A DNA stretch of 64,000 nucleotides from assembly GCA_026936335.1 (NCBI GenBank), contig JAPMXV010000008.1:186001-250000 (forward strand). The letters are read 5' to 3'. A model generated the notes under the pieces. That model was not told the origin of the DNA. It saw only the letters and a program-made list of their open reading frames with translations, and ran no database searches. The stretch comes from Mantamonas sphyraenae STR306 (Eukaryota > Protista > CRuMs). Position 1 is the first letter of the stretch, and each line of letters begins with the position of its first letter. Both the position numbers and the translations under genes were made by a program. Shown here piece by piece: positions 22,620 to 34,495 of this stretch.

Positions 22620-23932
22620 CTGGCCATCGTTTTCCCTGTGTGCGTGTGTGTGTGCCATATGAAGTGTGGAGGGGGTGGGGGTGGTGCGATACCCCATGAT
22701 CGTGTAGCAATGTACGTGTGAGTGTCCATGTGTTGGCCCGTGCTTCGCGCTTTCCGCGCTTTCCGCAAGCACCCGATTTGTGATCACGAAAAAGGCGAAG
22801 AAAACTCACGCCGTCTCCACGTGGTTCACAAGGTACACATCCACAGGCCCGCTGTCGCTCTTGAGCCAGATTTGGTAACGCCTTGCGGGCGGAACCATTC
22901 CCTGTACGAATGTGTGTGGTCAGTACCGCCGCCTCGAGAAAAAATCGCGCCAAAATTACCCTCCTCGCGCCAGCCTCCCGCGCTCTTGCACGCGAGTGCA
23001 CGCGTGCAGGCCGTCGACTCACCTCGTCCGGGTCGGGCACCTGAAGCGTGGTGCCGCTGGGTGCCTTGATGGCAATGAGCGTCTGGTCACGCAAGGACGG
23101 GATGGTGGCCACGTCCTCGTGTGTGACAAAGGCTCGCTTGACCTGCGATTTCGCTTCTTTGCCTGCCAATTGCTGGATGTTCTCCTTCACCTTGCGGATG
23201 CGATCGTCGAGGGCCAGTTCACGTTGTAACAGTTCTGCCACGGCATCCTCGGCCAGCGAAAGTTCGTACGCCACGTCTGCGGAGTTGGCCGGCGTTGTGC
23301 CCGCGCCAATCCATTGGATGTTGTTCTTGGCCTTCTTTTCGATCAGTCCCCACGCCTTCCAGCACGTTTGTAATATCATAAATGCGCCTCTTCTTGACGC
23401 CCAGCTGATCGGCTGCTCCGTTGAGATCCAGCACTCCCTGGGGAGCGTTCTGCACCAGTTCGGCAAAGCGCCGCGTGAGCAGACCCAGCGACGAATCGTA
23501 CCGGCAGTTGTTGGCCGCGTCCCGGGCCCGTGCGGCAGCTACAGCTGCCATCGCTCGAGCTTTGTGTTGCTGCGACTCCCCACGCTCCACAAAGCCAGTC
23601 AGCGATGGCGAAATCGTGTTGCTGTACGCAGAGCCAACCGAGGACGGCGTGCCCGCCACGCTCCCGCTTGACGAGGTCGTGCTCGCTCGTCCCCGGCGCC
23701 TGCTGCTCGCTGACGCAGGCGTTGTCTCAAACGCGTAATCGTCGTTGTCGCTGCTTGCCTCCTCCATCACTGCAAAGCTGTTGCGTGCAGCCGCTCTACG
23801 TTTCGGCCGCTGCGACACTTTGCCCTTTGTGTCGCCGCTGCTGCTGCTGCTTCCCAGCTCCTCCTCATCGTCCTCCACCGTGCTGCCAATCACTTCCCGC
23901 GGGCGTTTTGCACCGGCCCTGTTTGCAGACAT
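22191..23932 (-). CDS. E2F: E2F transcription factor (3 exons; one extra G at 23348-23351)
   Basis: [63 protein letters not shown]; introns 23022-22902 and 22809-22636. Confidence 0.92.
22946..22954 (-). promoter_or_regulatory. E2F consensus site TTTGGCGCG in E2F intron 1
   Basis: + strand reads CGCGCCAAA; function untested. Confidence 0.35.
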
Positions 23933-24151
23933 GTCCTGGTTGGGCCCGATTGGCGGTGCAGGGTGCTCGTGGGTGCGGTGTGCTTAGGGGGGGTTGGGGG
24001 TTGGTGGTTGAGGTGGGTGCGTGCTGCGCAGGTCTTTGCAAAATCTTGCAAAACCCATTTTCCATTCGTGATTTCCTCTGTTTTCTCCCTTTGTGTCCAC
24101 ATCGGTCCGTGCGGTCGTTCTTGTACATTGTGTGCCGGTTTCGGAGGCCCA

Positions 24152-24599
24152 TCAACTTCCCGTGTAGAACTTTTTCAGTTTCTTTGTGTTCTGTGCATGC
24201 TTCTGGGAAGAAAGACCGGCAATGGCCTTGTCGTGGAGTCCCTGTGGTGCCTCCTGCGGCCCAGTGTCAAACTGGGCACAGCGTGGGTGACGGAGAGGCG
24301 GAGAACGCGCTGCGTCAGCTTCCGCAGCATGCCGGTCGGAAAATCGACGCTCAGCCACTCACCTCGCGGGCATATGTGTTTGTGAGCAGGTCCTGGAGGT
24401 AGGAAAGCTGTACAGAGGCGTCCTGGACGAGGTCGTTGACGACATGCGGGTTTGTCTCGTCCCTGTGCTTGCGGAACTGTGTGGTGACGCGGTCGGTGAT
24501 GCCCACCTTGAGCGAGCGTTCCTCACGCCCCACCTCCTCGGGCCACTTGCGAGCCACACGCATGAGCGAACGGTAGAGTGACAACGACTGCTTGCTCAT
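24152..24599 (-). CDS. UQCC2: UQCC2/Cbp6-like complex III assembly factor, LYR-like (2 exons)
   Basis: Exons 24599-24363 and 24271-24152; LYRSLMRVARKWP..., RV..QFR, L.DLLTNTY. Confidence 0.6.
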
Positions 24600-24689
24600 G
24601 AGTCGGGTCAAACGTGTGGTCTGGTTTGGCACAATCCGCGCAGGTCCAACCACCCCCCAAAAGAAACCTTCCCCCCACAGCAAACAAAC

Positions 24690-25193
24690 ATGTCGCAGAA
24701 CGATTCCAACAAGGATGTGGTGCTGTACTCTACGTCGGCCACCGCCTTTCTGAAGACCAAGAAGGAGATCTCGGCCATCGAGCAGCTGCTGGACGCCAAG
24801 AAGATTGACTACACCGTGGTCGACTGCGCCCAGGACACGGACGCGGCACACAAGATGGCCGAGATCAGCGGCTCCAAGGTGCTGCCCCAGCTCTTTGTGG
24901 ACGGCAAGTATGTCGGCGTAAGTTGGTGTCGGCCTCGTGGTTTCCTGCGCCCCACACAGCGTTAGGGAGGGTTTGTGTCACGATTTCCTTCATCCGAAAA
25001 AGTGTTTTCCCTTCCGCCCTCCGCTCTGGTCCCAGTCCCGCTGACCGCCACACCCATCGCACACCACGCACATACGGTGTGTGTGTGAACCGCCCTGTCG
25101 GTGCGACCCTGACCTTGTGTTGTGCCACCACAGCACTGGGAGAAGCTGGAGGAGCTCAACGAGTTTGGCGAGTTTGACGCTCTGTTCCAGTGA
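24690..25193 (+). CDS. SH3BGR-like glutaredoxin-fold protein without CxxC (2 exons)
   Basis: Exons 24690-24917 and 25134-25193; LLDAKKIDY.VVD, LPQLFVDGKYVG, ELNEFG. Confidence 0.8.
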
Positions 25194-25276
25194 GAGAGAG
25201 ATTGGACCACAAATGCACAAGCGGATTCCATTCCTGCGCACCCCCTCGCACGCATCAGCATGGATCACCATGGCTC

Positions 25277-27040
25277 CTACTTGCGCCCCTTCTTGGCTTC
25301 CTTCTCTTTCTTCTTGGCCGCCTTGGCACGAGCCTTTTCCTCCTTCAGTCGCTCCTTGCGCGCCTTCTCCGCAGCCTTGCGCATGTCCTTGGGCAGCTTG
25401 TTGAAACACTTTTTGCACAATGGCTTTGACTCGTACTCCAGAAACACCTTGCCGGCCAGGGAGGCGTTGCAACCCTGGCACAAGAAGCACTCCTCGTGCC
25501 AGTTCTGCTCGATGGCGTGGATGCCCTTGCCCGTGATGGGCTTCTCACACCCGGCGCACATCTTGCCAAACAGTGAGTAGTAATGCGTCTCACAGTACGC
25601 CTTGCCCTCTGCCTCAAAGAACTGGCCTCCCGACAGCGACTTTTCGCAAACGGAACAGGCAAAACACTCGGGATGGAACTGACGTCCCAGGGCGTTCAGT
25701 GCACGGCCGTCGATCTTCTTCTTGCACATGGCACAGCACGACGCAATCAGCTTGTTGTAGTCGTACTCACAGTACAGCTCACTGTCAAACTCAAAGCACT
25801 GGCCGCCACGCAGCTCCGCCCCGCACTCGTGGCACGCAAAGTGCTCTGGATGGATGTACTTCCCCTGCAGGATGATGTAGTCTCCGTAGATCGGCTTGCC
25901 ACACTTACCACACTCGTGCACCTCTGCTTCGGGGTCCCCTTCGCTCTGGATGCGCATCTTGCAGTCGCGGCAGTGCGGCTCCCCGTCGATCTGAGTGAAC
26001 CGCTTCCCGCTCAGCGACGTGTCGCACGACACACACCGAAAGTGCTCCGGGTGCCACTTCTTGCCCAATGCGTTCACACACTTGTCTGTGATGGGGCGCA
26101 GACACGATGCACAGCGCACGCCAAACATCTGTTGTTGGGTATTTTTGGCGACGAGCCGAAAGATGTGTGAGTCGTCCAACTTCCGCCACACACACACACA
26201 CACACACGGAAACTCACCTCCTGATAGTCCTCTGCACAATATGCATTTCCTTCGTGCTCAAAGAATGGCTCGGAGCCAAACACCTTGTCGCAGCGCGAGC
26301 ACGCAAAGCACTCTGTGTGAAACTGCTTGCCCAGCGCCTGAGCCATCCCGTCCACAATTCCCTTGCCACACACGGCACACGGCGGTCCCGATCGCCCCTG
26401 TGTCTCTCCTCCTGCCCCAACTCCTGCGTTTGTCGTGCTGCTTGCTCCTGCGGTGGTCTGTGCCCACGGCCGGTCAGCCACCACCGTCTTGGTTGTCGTT
26501 GTCGTCGTCGTCGTCGTCGTCGTCCTGCTTCCTGCGTTCGCTGCCGTCAGGTGTGTCACCATCTGTCCACCCGACGCGGCTGCTGCCACACCCACCCCCA
26601 CATTCACGTTGCTGTTTGTGTTTGTGCTGCCTCCGGTCAGATCTGCCAGCCCACTCAGCAGGTCGTCCAACGCGTCGATTTCACCTCCCCCTCCTCCACC
26701 CCCACCTCCTCCTCCTCCTCCTCCTCCTCCTCCTCCCTCCGTCATCCCTGTCAGTCCACTCAAAATGTCCGACAGTTCATCCACAGCACCACTTGCTGCC
26801 GGTGCTGTGTGTGTGTGTTTGGGTGTGTGTGCGTGTGTCCAGCCTCGTGTCAGCAGCCATTTTCCTTCCGTTTCCACCTCAAAATTTCTGGCTATCCCCG
26901 GTCCTTGCGCCTGTCTCGCACACACCCTTTTCTCTCTTGCCTCCACCCCTACCTTGTGTCGTTGTTGTGCTTCCACTGCCGTCCAGTCCGGCCAGCAGGT
27001 CGTTCAGCGTGTTGTCCAGGGCTCCCCATTCGTCCGCCAT
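25277..27040 (-). CDS. LD-motif plus five-LIM protein (paxillin-like N-terminus, PINCH-like LIM array; 3 exons)
   Basis: Exons 27040-26953, 26804-26218, 26128-25277; LNDLLAGL, LSDILSGL, LDDLLSGL; five CxxC...HxxxFxC LIM domains; AYCETHY..LFG and EYESKPLCKKCFNKLP. Confidence 0.85.
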
Positions 27041-27082
27041 GGCAGCCAGAGGTTCTTTCGCAAACTTTGGCCCCATCTACGC

Positions 27083-29878
27083 ATGCGTCTGAACATCCTC
27101 CTCCTCCTTCTGCTCGTGGTCCTGGTACACATGCCTGTTCCTGCATGTGCCGCCATCCAGACCTGCCAGAGCAGAGGCATTACCGTCCACCCGACCAAGC
27201 TCGACGCGCCCGTCGCCTACTCCACTTGGAGTGGCGATTCCGTACGTTTGTTTGCCACACTCGCTCGTCCCCTCCACCATCAAGTCACACTAACCTGTCC
27301 TCCAAATGCTCCTACCCTCTCTCCTTTCTCCCATCCCATCCAGGTCATGCTCGTCCTCACGCGCGCTCGCTCCGTCTGGCGGAGCGCAGACCACGGTCTC
27401 ACCTTTGCCAAGATGGCTCTCCCTGGCGCAGATACGGTTGTCAACCGCGGCGATGTCTCTGGTTCGGGCGTCCTCCGCATTGTTGTCAATCCCCACAACA
27501 GCAAAGAGGTGGTTTTCATCGGCTTCGGCTCCACCAGCTGGTACACCGAGGACTCGGGCCAGTCCATCACCGTACGTTTCGTTTCCCCGAGTCCCCACCC
27601 CACCAGAGAGAAAGGACCAGAGAGCACAAAGGGAGAACAATCACATCTTCCCTCCTTCTTTGCCCCTTCCCCATTCTCATCGGTTTCCGTACCCCCCGCA
27701 GGCCCATACACGCGTGCTCACCCCACATCCGAATCTCTCAGGGTTTGCCCGACGCAGGCCTCCTGTGGACTGTATACTTCCATCCCACACAGTCTGGCAC
27801 GTGGGCTGGTCTCTTGGGCACCACCGCATGCTTCCACCAGGGCCAGCAGGGCTGCTATGCAATCCTCACCCTCACCACAGACCACGGCGGCCAGTGGCGC
27901 ACCGTGGCAGACCACCTGTCCCAGTTCCAATGGGTTCAGCAGGCCGGCCGCGTCAGTGCCGTGTGGACACGCATCACTACAAGCGCTTCTGTGGCAGACA
28001 ACCGCCTCTTTGTCTCCCACGACATGTTTGCCACCAATCGAACACTCCCTTTCCCATCTCGGCGCCTTCCACCGCTGGCATGGCTCTCTCTTTGCCACCC
28101 ACCTGGTTCAGAGCGAAGGAAGTACCCTGTACCGTCTCATGGTCAGCCGAGACGCAGGAGATTCCTTTGCTGAGGCCCAGCTGCCGGTCAAGGACGAACC
28201 CACAGAATTTGCTCTCCTCGACGTAGCCCAGGAGGGCGACAGTGCTGCTGTCCTCCACGTCACCCATCCCAAACAGCGCAGCACTCGTCCAGACATCAAA
28301 ACAGGCAATGTGTACATATCCGACAGCGGCCTGGACCGCTACGCCTTTTCCCTCCGCGACAACGTTCGCCGCGGCACACGCGCAGACTTTGCCGCCGGCC
28401 GTCACCTCGAGGGAATGATGATGGCCAATGTTCTTTCGCCCACAGACGACACCCACGTCCAATCACGCATCACGGTTGACAACGGCGCCCGCTGGTTTCC
28501 GCTGCCCAAACCCGCCAACGAAGAGTGTCCCGCAGGCACAAAGACATGCGCACTCCATCTCCACATGACCAACGATGCCACACACAACCAATGGACCAAG
28601 GCCTACACCACCCGCTCCGCCGTCGGCCTTGTCGTGGGCAACGGCAACGTTGGCGACGGCCTTAGCGACACCCCGGCCGATCTCGGCGTGTATATGTCGC
28701 GCGACGCAGGTCAGTCCTGGAAAAAGGTCATCAATGGCGCACACAACTACGAGTTTGGCGACCACGGATCCCTCGTCGTCCTCACACCCACAGGCACAGA
28801 CGTCGACCACGTCACTTTTTCCTGGACGCAGGGGGCGTCCTGGGAAAAGTGCTCCTTTGCAAACATCAACCAGCGGGTGGAAAACATCAAAACAGCGCCC
28901 CACGGCCAATCATCCGCCTTTGTCATGATTGTCGGCGACACCCTCGTTGGCCTCGACTTTGGCAACCTGCACACGCGCACGTGTTCCCAGGACAAGGGTG
29001 ACTTTGAACAGTGGATCCCAGGCGATATGAATGCCATGCGTGAGAGCACAGGCTGTGTGTTGGGCCGCAAGACAGCCTACACCCGCAGGAAACAGGACGT
29101 CACCTGCAAAGTCCAAGGCAGCGACATGCCCGCACATGTCATCACAAACTGTGCCTGCACACGTGACGATTACGAATGTGACTATTGCTACGAGTCCAAC
29201 GCCCTCATGCAGTGTGTGCAGGTCTGTGACGACGCCACCGCACACGCACAGCCCAAACCTTGCCACAAGGAATATCTCTTGTCCAAGGGCTACCGGCGCA
29301 TCGCAGGCGATTCGTGTCAGGGCGACCTGGCCGAGTACGCTGGCAGCATGCAGCCGTGCAAGCTGCCTGCTACAGGCGAGGTCGATCTGCGACGCAACCC
29401 AGACCTCACCTGGATTGCCGCCATCATTGTTCCGGCCCTCCTCATCGCATGCGTATGCATGGTGTACCAGGACAAGACGGACGACGTCATCCACTTTGTC
29501 ATGGGCCTCCTGCCTGGCCGCACCGTGTACACGCGCCTGGGTGCCGACGCAGACGACGACTCCGCACGCAGGCAATCGCGCTTGCGACGTATCGGCACAC
29601 GAGGTGTCACAGGCATGAGTCTACGCATGCGTGACGACGATTCGCCTGGTTCTGCCGCTGCAAAGGTGCCCGCCGCACCCAACGCCACCTCCTTTGCCGC
29701 TGAGGAGGTGGAGCTCATCCGCAAAACCCTCGTCCAGAATGCACACATCCTCAATGACAGCGACGGTGACAGCGACGACGACGACGACGACGACAATGCC
29801 ATTGTGTTGGGCAATCATCCCTCCGAGAAGGGTCCCAAGTTGCTCAGTGGCAACCGGTGGGTCCTGGATGCCCTGTGA
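27083..29878 (+). CDS. VPS10: Vps10/sortilin-family sorting receptor (3 exons; apparent +1 frameshift near 28047-28055)
   Basis: Signal peptide; Asp-box motifs (SADHG, TTDHG, SRDAG); 10-Cys module (CVLGRK, C.CTRDDYECDY, GYRRIAGD.C); TM helix, YTRL and acidic tail; introns 27242-27343 and 27572-27741. Confidence 0.88.
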   Translation: MRLNILLLLLLVVLVHMPVPACAAIQTCQSRGITVHPTKLDAPVAYSTWSGDSVRLFATLARPLHHQVTLTCPPNAPTLSPFSHPIQVMLVLTRARSVWRSADHGLTFAKMALPGADTVVNRGDVSGSGVLRIVVNPHNSKEVVFIGFGSTSWYTEDSGQSITVRFVSPSPHPTREKGPESTKGEQSHLPSFFAPSPFSSVSVPPAGPYTRAHPTSESLRVCPTQASCGLYTSIPHSLARGLVSWAPPHASTRASRAAMQSSPSPQTTAASGAPWQTTCPSSNGFSRPAASVPCGHASLQALLWQTTASLSPTTCLPPIEHSLSHLGAFHRWHGSLFATHLVQSEGSTLYRLMVSRDAGDSFAEAQLPVKDEPTEFALLDVAQEGDSAAVLHVTHPKQRSTRPDIKTGNVYISDSGLDRYAFSLRDNVRRGTRADFAAGRHLEGMMMANVLSPTDDTHVQSRITVDNGARWFPLPKPANEECPAGTKTCALHLHMTNDATHNQWTKAYTTRSAVGLVVGNGNVGDGLSDTPADLGVYMSRDAGQSWKKVINGAHNYEFGDHGSLVVLTPTGTDVDHVTFSWTQGASWEKCSFANINQRVENIKTAPHGQSSAFVMIVGDTLVGLDFGNLHTRTCSQDKGDFEQWIPGDMNAMRESTGCVLGRKTAYTRRKQDVTCKVQGSDMPAHVITNCACTRDDYECDYCYESNALMQCVQVCDDATAHAQPKPCHKEYLLSKGYRRIAGDSCQGDLAEYAGSMQPCKLPATGEVDLRRNPDLTWIAAIIVPALLIACVCMVYQDKTDDVIHFVMGLLPGRTVYTRLGADADDDSARRQSRLRRIGTRGVTGMSLRMRDDDSPGSAAAKVPAAPNATSFAAEEVELIRKTLVQNAHILNDSDGDSDDDDDDDNAIVLGNHPSEKGPKLLSGNRWVLDAL

Positions 29879-30057
29879 GATGCGTCGTCAATTGCACAAA
29901 CGTCGCCAAAGGCAGAGGCGTCGTCGTTGTCCATTGTGTCCTTGAAGAATGCAGCGCTGGGTGCTCCACTGAAAACGTCTTTGTGCTTGTTCCCCTCCTT
30001 GCTCCACTTGGTTGGCCGCTCCACTTGCCATCGTTATCATTGCAGGAATCAGGGTTC

Positions 30058-32021
30058 ATGGGACAGGCGCGTACACACACACATGTGCTGGCCCCCAGGG
30101 CCGTGTTGGCCCTCGTGCTGGCAAGCCTCTTTCTCGTAGCACCTGCGCAAGGCCAGCGCACCGCTGCCCAGCAGGCATTGTACGAAAAGGTCTACACCAA
30201 TCTGGACTTTTTCCCCTGTGTGCGTCTGTTGGACCGAAACGGCGTCGTGGGCTGTGGTAGCCCGCGTGACGGCGTCGTGGCCCCTCTGGCCCCGGTAAAC
30301 ACCTCGGCACAGCTCGATGCCCTCATCAAAGGTTCGCGGTACGGCACAGGCGCCGTCGCCGTTGTGTTGCCCATGTCCATGATGACACGTGGCACCCTGG
30401 ACCGACTGCGGAGTGTTGGCGAGACCCGCGTCGCCGCCGTACTCGTCCTCCACGCCACCCTTGCCGACCTTCCAGCCAACTACTCCTTCTCCGTCGCCGA
30501 CACTTACCCAAACAAGGCCTATTCGGTGCACGCCAGCTCGTCGTACAAGTGGAACCCACACGGAAACAGCCTGCACACAATCTCCTTTCCGTTCCCCATT
30601 GTCTCGCTGCCGGCGCACAGCTCCGCTACAGTCAGCCGCCTGGCTACCGACAACCTGGGCCAACCGGCCTTTGGCTACCCTTTGTACAGTGTCCAGATCC
30701 AAATGTTCATGTTTGCGGGCAGCAACGCTGCCACCTGCCTTCGCCGTGGCTTCTGCCTCCCACTCGGCTCCTTCTCCGTCTGGGGACACCACCAGGCCCT
30801 GGACAGCAACAAGGACACTGTGGTGCTCAGTGCCACCCTGGATTCCAACGCACTCTTCCATCAACAGGCCGTGGGCTACAACGCAGATACCAGCGGTGTC
30901 GTCGCCCTCCTCGCCGCTGCACAGGCCATTGCCAAGCATGGAAGCAACGATCCACTGCCTCGCAACCTTGTATACACCCTCTTCAACGGCGAAAGCTGGG
31001 GTTGATGGGCTCCACGCGTTGGACGGACGACGTGGCAAGCTTCAAGTGCACCCAACTCAGCGCAGACAAAAAGAGCTGCAGCAAACCTTTCCGCACAGAT
31101 CTCACCTTTCAACAACTGCGCCTCGACCGCATCCGCCACTTTGTCGAACTCAATCAGCTGCTGCTGGGCTCCGACTCGGCCAACGCCACCTTGTATCTGC
31201 ACACCGAACGCGACCCAGACTCGCTGGCCCTCTCGGGTGCTCTTCGTGCTGTGGGTAGCCATATGGACACGTCCTTGGGAGTTCGTGTCAACCTAGGCAA
31301 TCCCGACGCCGACACGCCCGGCGTGCCGCCCGGCTCCTACAATCGCATCCTGCTGGCTCGCCAGGCTCGCAAAGTCAACACCAGCCACGCAGGAGTCGTA
31401 CTCACTGACCATGCCGGCCCCTACGTCAACCGCGTCTACCACAGCCAATTGGACAACGCGCAGGCAGTGGACGAGCTTGCCCCAGCCAGGCTGTGCCAGG
31501 CGGCCACTCTGGCCGCACGCAGCATGTACATGCTTGCGCATGGCGACACAGTGAACACAACGCTCATCCCAGACACTCTGCAGGCAGATTGTAACTTTGT
31601 ACGCGAGCTGCTGGTGTGCTTTACCCAGAATCTCTCGTGTGACATTGCCAAAAAGTATTTCAACGTGAGCGGCCAAGTGACGCCCAACATGTACACCAGT
31701 GTGTATGCCAACTTTGTGCAGGCCAACGTGGCTCTGGCCTTTGGGGTCCTCAACGACACCCTGCCCAAGGAGCACACTCACTATCACGAGGCACGCGCCC
31801 CGGGCATCGACCTGGACGAGAACGGCGCATGGAGCGTGAGCAAGGACACCTCTCTGCCCTCGTGGACCGAAAGCAGCTGGGGCAACGACATTTACGTGCG
31901 GGTTTTTATCAGTCAGGGCACCACCCAGGACCTCATCACGTTTTTCGCGGGCATCATCGCACTTGGCTGTACAGGCGTCCTCGTGCGGCTGCTTGCCCTC
32001 TACGGAAAGAAGCTGGTGTGA
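30058..32021 (+). CDS. NCSTN: Nicastrin, gamma-secretase subunit (one base missing at 30998-31002)
   Basis: PCVRLL..GVVGC, WNPHG, TCLRRG.CLPLG..SVW, FNGESWG/LMGSTR, YHSQLD, WTESSW, C-terminal TM. Confidence 0.9.
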
Positions 32022-32031
32022 TTCGTGCGCC

Positions 32032-32849
32032 TCATTCCACCTCAAGGAAGCCCACGACGCACTTTGCCATCATAAAGTCAATGTTTACCCATGTGTGGTA
32101 CTTGTCTGTGTGTGCATGTGGAAGCAAGCGTGTGAGCGTCCCATCGCCCATCCATGCCAAACATGTGTGCATGCGCACGCACACACACACGCATTCCTCC
32201 ACGTACTAAAGAGAGCGGTGCCGTCGCGGCCAGCTGCCATCATCAACGCCTTCTTGCCCCCCGGATGGAAGTTCAGATAGGGTGTGATGTTGTAGACCAC
32301 TCCTCGAATGATGGTCCATGCATCGTCTTCCGATTTGTGCTTGCGCACCTCGGCTTTGGTGTACCTGCCCAGTTCCTTGACCCCCGTCAGATCCTTGCCG
32401 CTTTGGGTCAGTCGCAGCCAGTCCAGGTGGCTGAACCCAGCACCCAGTGCCACTTTCTCACGCTTGAACTTCTGTCCTTTTTCCGTCTGTGGCATGATTG
32501 TGTCGCCGGAGCGTCTCTCCTTGCCCTGCTCGGCCTCGTCGTCGCTCTCGCCGTCCGCCTCCGTTCCCTCCGACGCTTCCGCCTCCGAATTTGACGTTGT
32601 GCTTGTCGTGCTTGTCGTACTTGTGCTGCTGTCTGTGACACTGTCTGAGCTGCCTCCGGACAGTGCCGACGAGCTCTGCACGGTTGTCCCGCGCTTCGCG
32701 AGCGTCATCTGGTTCAACGTTTCCAAATCCGCCTCAAACTGCACCTTCTGAGGCTCCAAATGCTCCAGATTCATCTCTTTGCTATTCAACTGGATCTGGG
32801 GCGACGTGTGTGCCGTCTGCTGGTTTTCAGAATCGTCAGTGGTGGACAT
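32032..32849 (-). CDS. Cytochrome b5-domain protein (CYB5R4 N-terminal/Irc21-like; 2 exons)
   Basis: Exons 32849-32207 and 32105-32032; REKVAL..GFSHLDW, FHPGG, GRDGT.LF, YHTWVN. Confidence 0.85.
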
Positions 32850-32925
32850 AATGACGGCGGAAGGGACACGTTTGTTTGTTTTGCCAGCGCTTGCGCTTTT
32901 CCCCCTCCTCCGCATGCACACGCGA

Positions 32926-34436
32926 TCAGCCCGTGCGACCCTGGTTGTACGGTTTGTACTGTTTGCGGTCCGACGCGTCGACGACCTTTCCGCTGGTATG
33001 TGTGTTGCTGCCTGTACCTTGGCCGCTGGCCTTGCGCGCTGTGGCGCTGACAAACTCGTTACCCGACATGACCACCACGTCGCCATTCGTCTGTTGTGCC
33101 ACGGCTCCCTCTTCAATATGAATATCTTGTTTGGTCTGCTGGCCTGCACCGGCCCCAGATCCCTGAGCACTGTTTCCCTGGGAGACCCCTGCTGTCCCAG
33201 CCCCTTGTGCTTGCAATCCACCCTGTGAAGCAGAGCTGTCACTGCTGCTGCTACTGCTGCTGCTGCTGCTGCTGCTCCCGCTGCTCCCACTGCTGCTGCT
33301 ACTGCTTCCCCCACTGGCGCCTTTGACAGCTCCTTTCCCCTTCTTGGTCTGATCGTACAGATCCAGGATCTGGTTGGCAATGGCCTCAAGCGTGGTACTG
33401 TTTGTGTTCAAGATTGGATGCTGGTACCACTCTTTGCCCTCCTTGGTCTTGGGCAGCACCGCTTTGGTGTACTTGGAGGTCAAGTACACCGCAGCTGCTG
33501 CAATTTCGCCAGGCTGGAACTGCACACACAGCGTCGTACGGTAGCTGTCATTCACAAAGTTCCACCCAACCTGCGTCATGCGCTTGTCCTTCAGTGTTTC
33601 CTGCATGTAGCGAAGCAGCGGCCGGTACGGGTGTTCCACCACCAGGTCAAAGTCAAGCACCTGCAGCAGGATGCGCTCGCACACGAGCACCTTGTCCTTG
33701 TACTCCAGAAACTCCTGTGGAGACACACGCACACACAACACACACAGGTGCACACACGCTTCTGGTCAGCTACACGGTGTTTGGGCGGCAACTCGCGCGA
33801 GGACTCCCGAGCGCACCCGCACATACCTCCCCCTCGGGATCCAGACGCTTCTGGTCCGGATGCCGGATGGCGTGACAGGTCACAATGACTTCCCTCAACG
33901 GTTTCTGTGTGTCCTCCGCCTTGGAGGCAAGGAAGAGGCAGGTGATGGCTGAAATCTGTGGGTGGCCGCATTCGGGTCAGTTTCCGCCAGCAGCTGCGTG
34001 GCACTCCCTGCGCTCACACGACACTGCACGCACATGACGATCAAAGCGACGGAACGAGCGCACGACGTAGAAGCGGTGGAAGTACACCATGGCTGTGGCA
34101 ATGGTGATTTGAGGCCTGCGAAAGCGGTCAAACGGCCGCGGTGTCAGCTCCACGCAAGCGCTCGCGCTCCTGCAACTCCACACACACACACGCGCGCACG
34201 CAGACAGGACACCTCTGTGCGCTCCTACGCCCCGCAACGTACAAACGCAGCTTGACCCCAGCATCCTGAATGAAGCAGGAAGTGCTGCGGCGAGCCTTTT
34301 CCTCCGTCTCAAAGTCCATTTGGTCGTCCCGCGACGCACTCCACAGTTCCAGCTGCTCCTTGCTGAACCTCCACACAGCCTTCTTGCGCCGGTATCCCGT
34401 GAAGCTGTCGTCACGCGTCGACTGCCGCTGCGTCAT
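32926..34436 (-). CDS. CCNK: Cyclin K/T-type transcriptional cyclin (4 exons)
   Basis: Exons 34436-34243, 34115-34034, 33955-33827, 33714-32926; LPQITIATAMVYFHRFY, LFLASK, ERILLQ.L.FDL.VEHPY, WNFVNDSYRTTLC. Confidence 0.85.
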
Positions 34437-34495
34437 CGTCGTCTCGAAGTTTGGCTGGCCCCAGCGACGCTGCAGCCACAGCATCAACGACGCAA

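Noticed and set aside
31003-31005. TGA readthrough or alternative genetic code in nicastrin
   Set aside because: Homology continues in a different frame, not through the stop; TGA, TAA and TAG all terminate other genes normally
26129-33826. General GT/AC repeat pairing that bridges intron ends
   Set aside because: Present in two or three introns but reversed or absent in others, such as cyclin intron 3, so it is not a consistent rule
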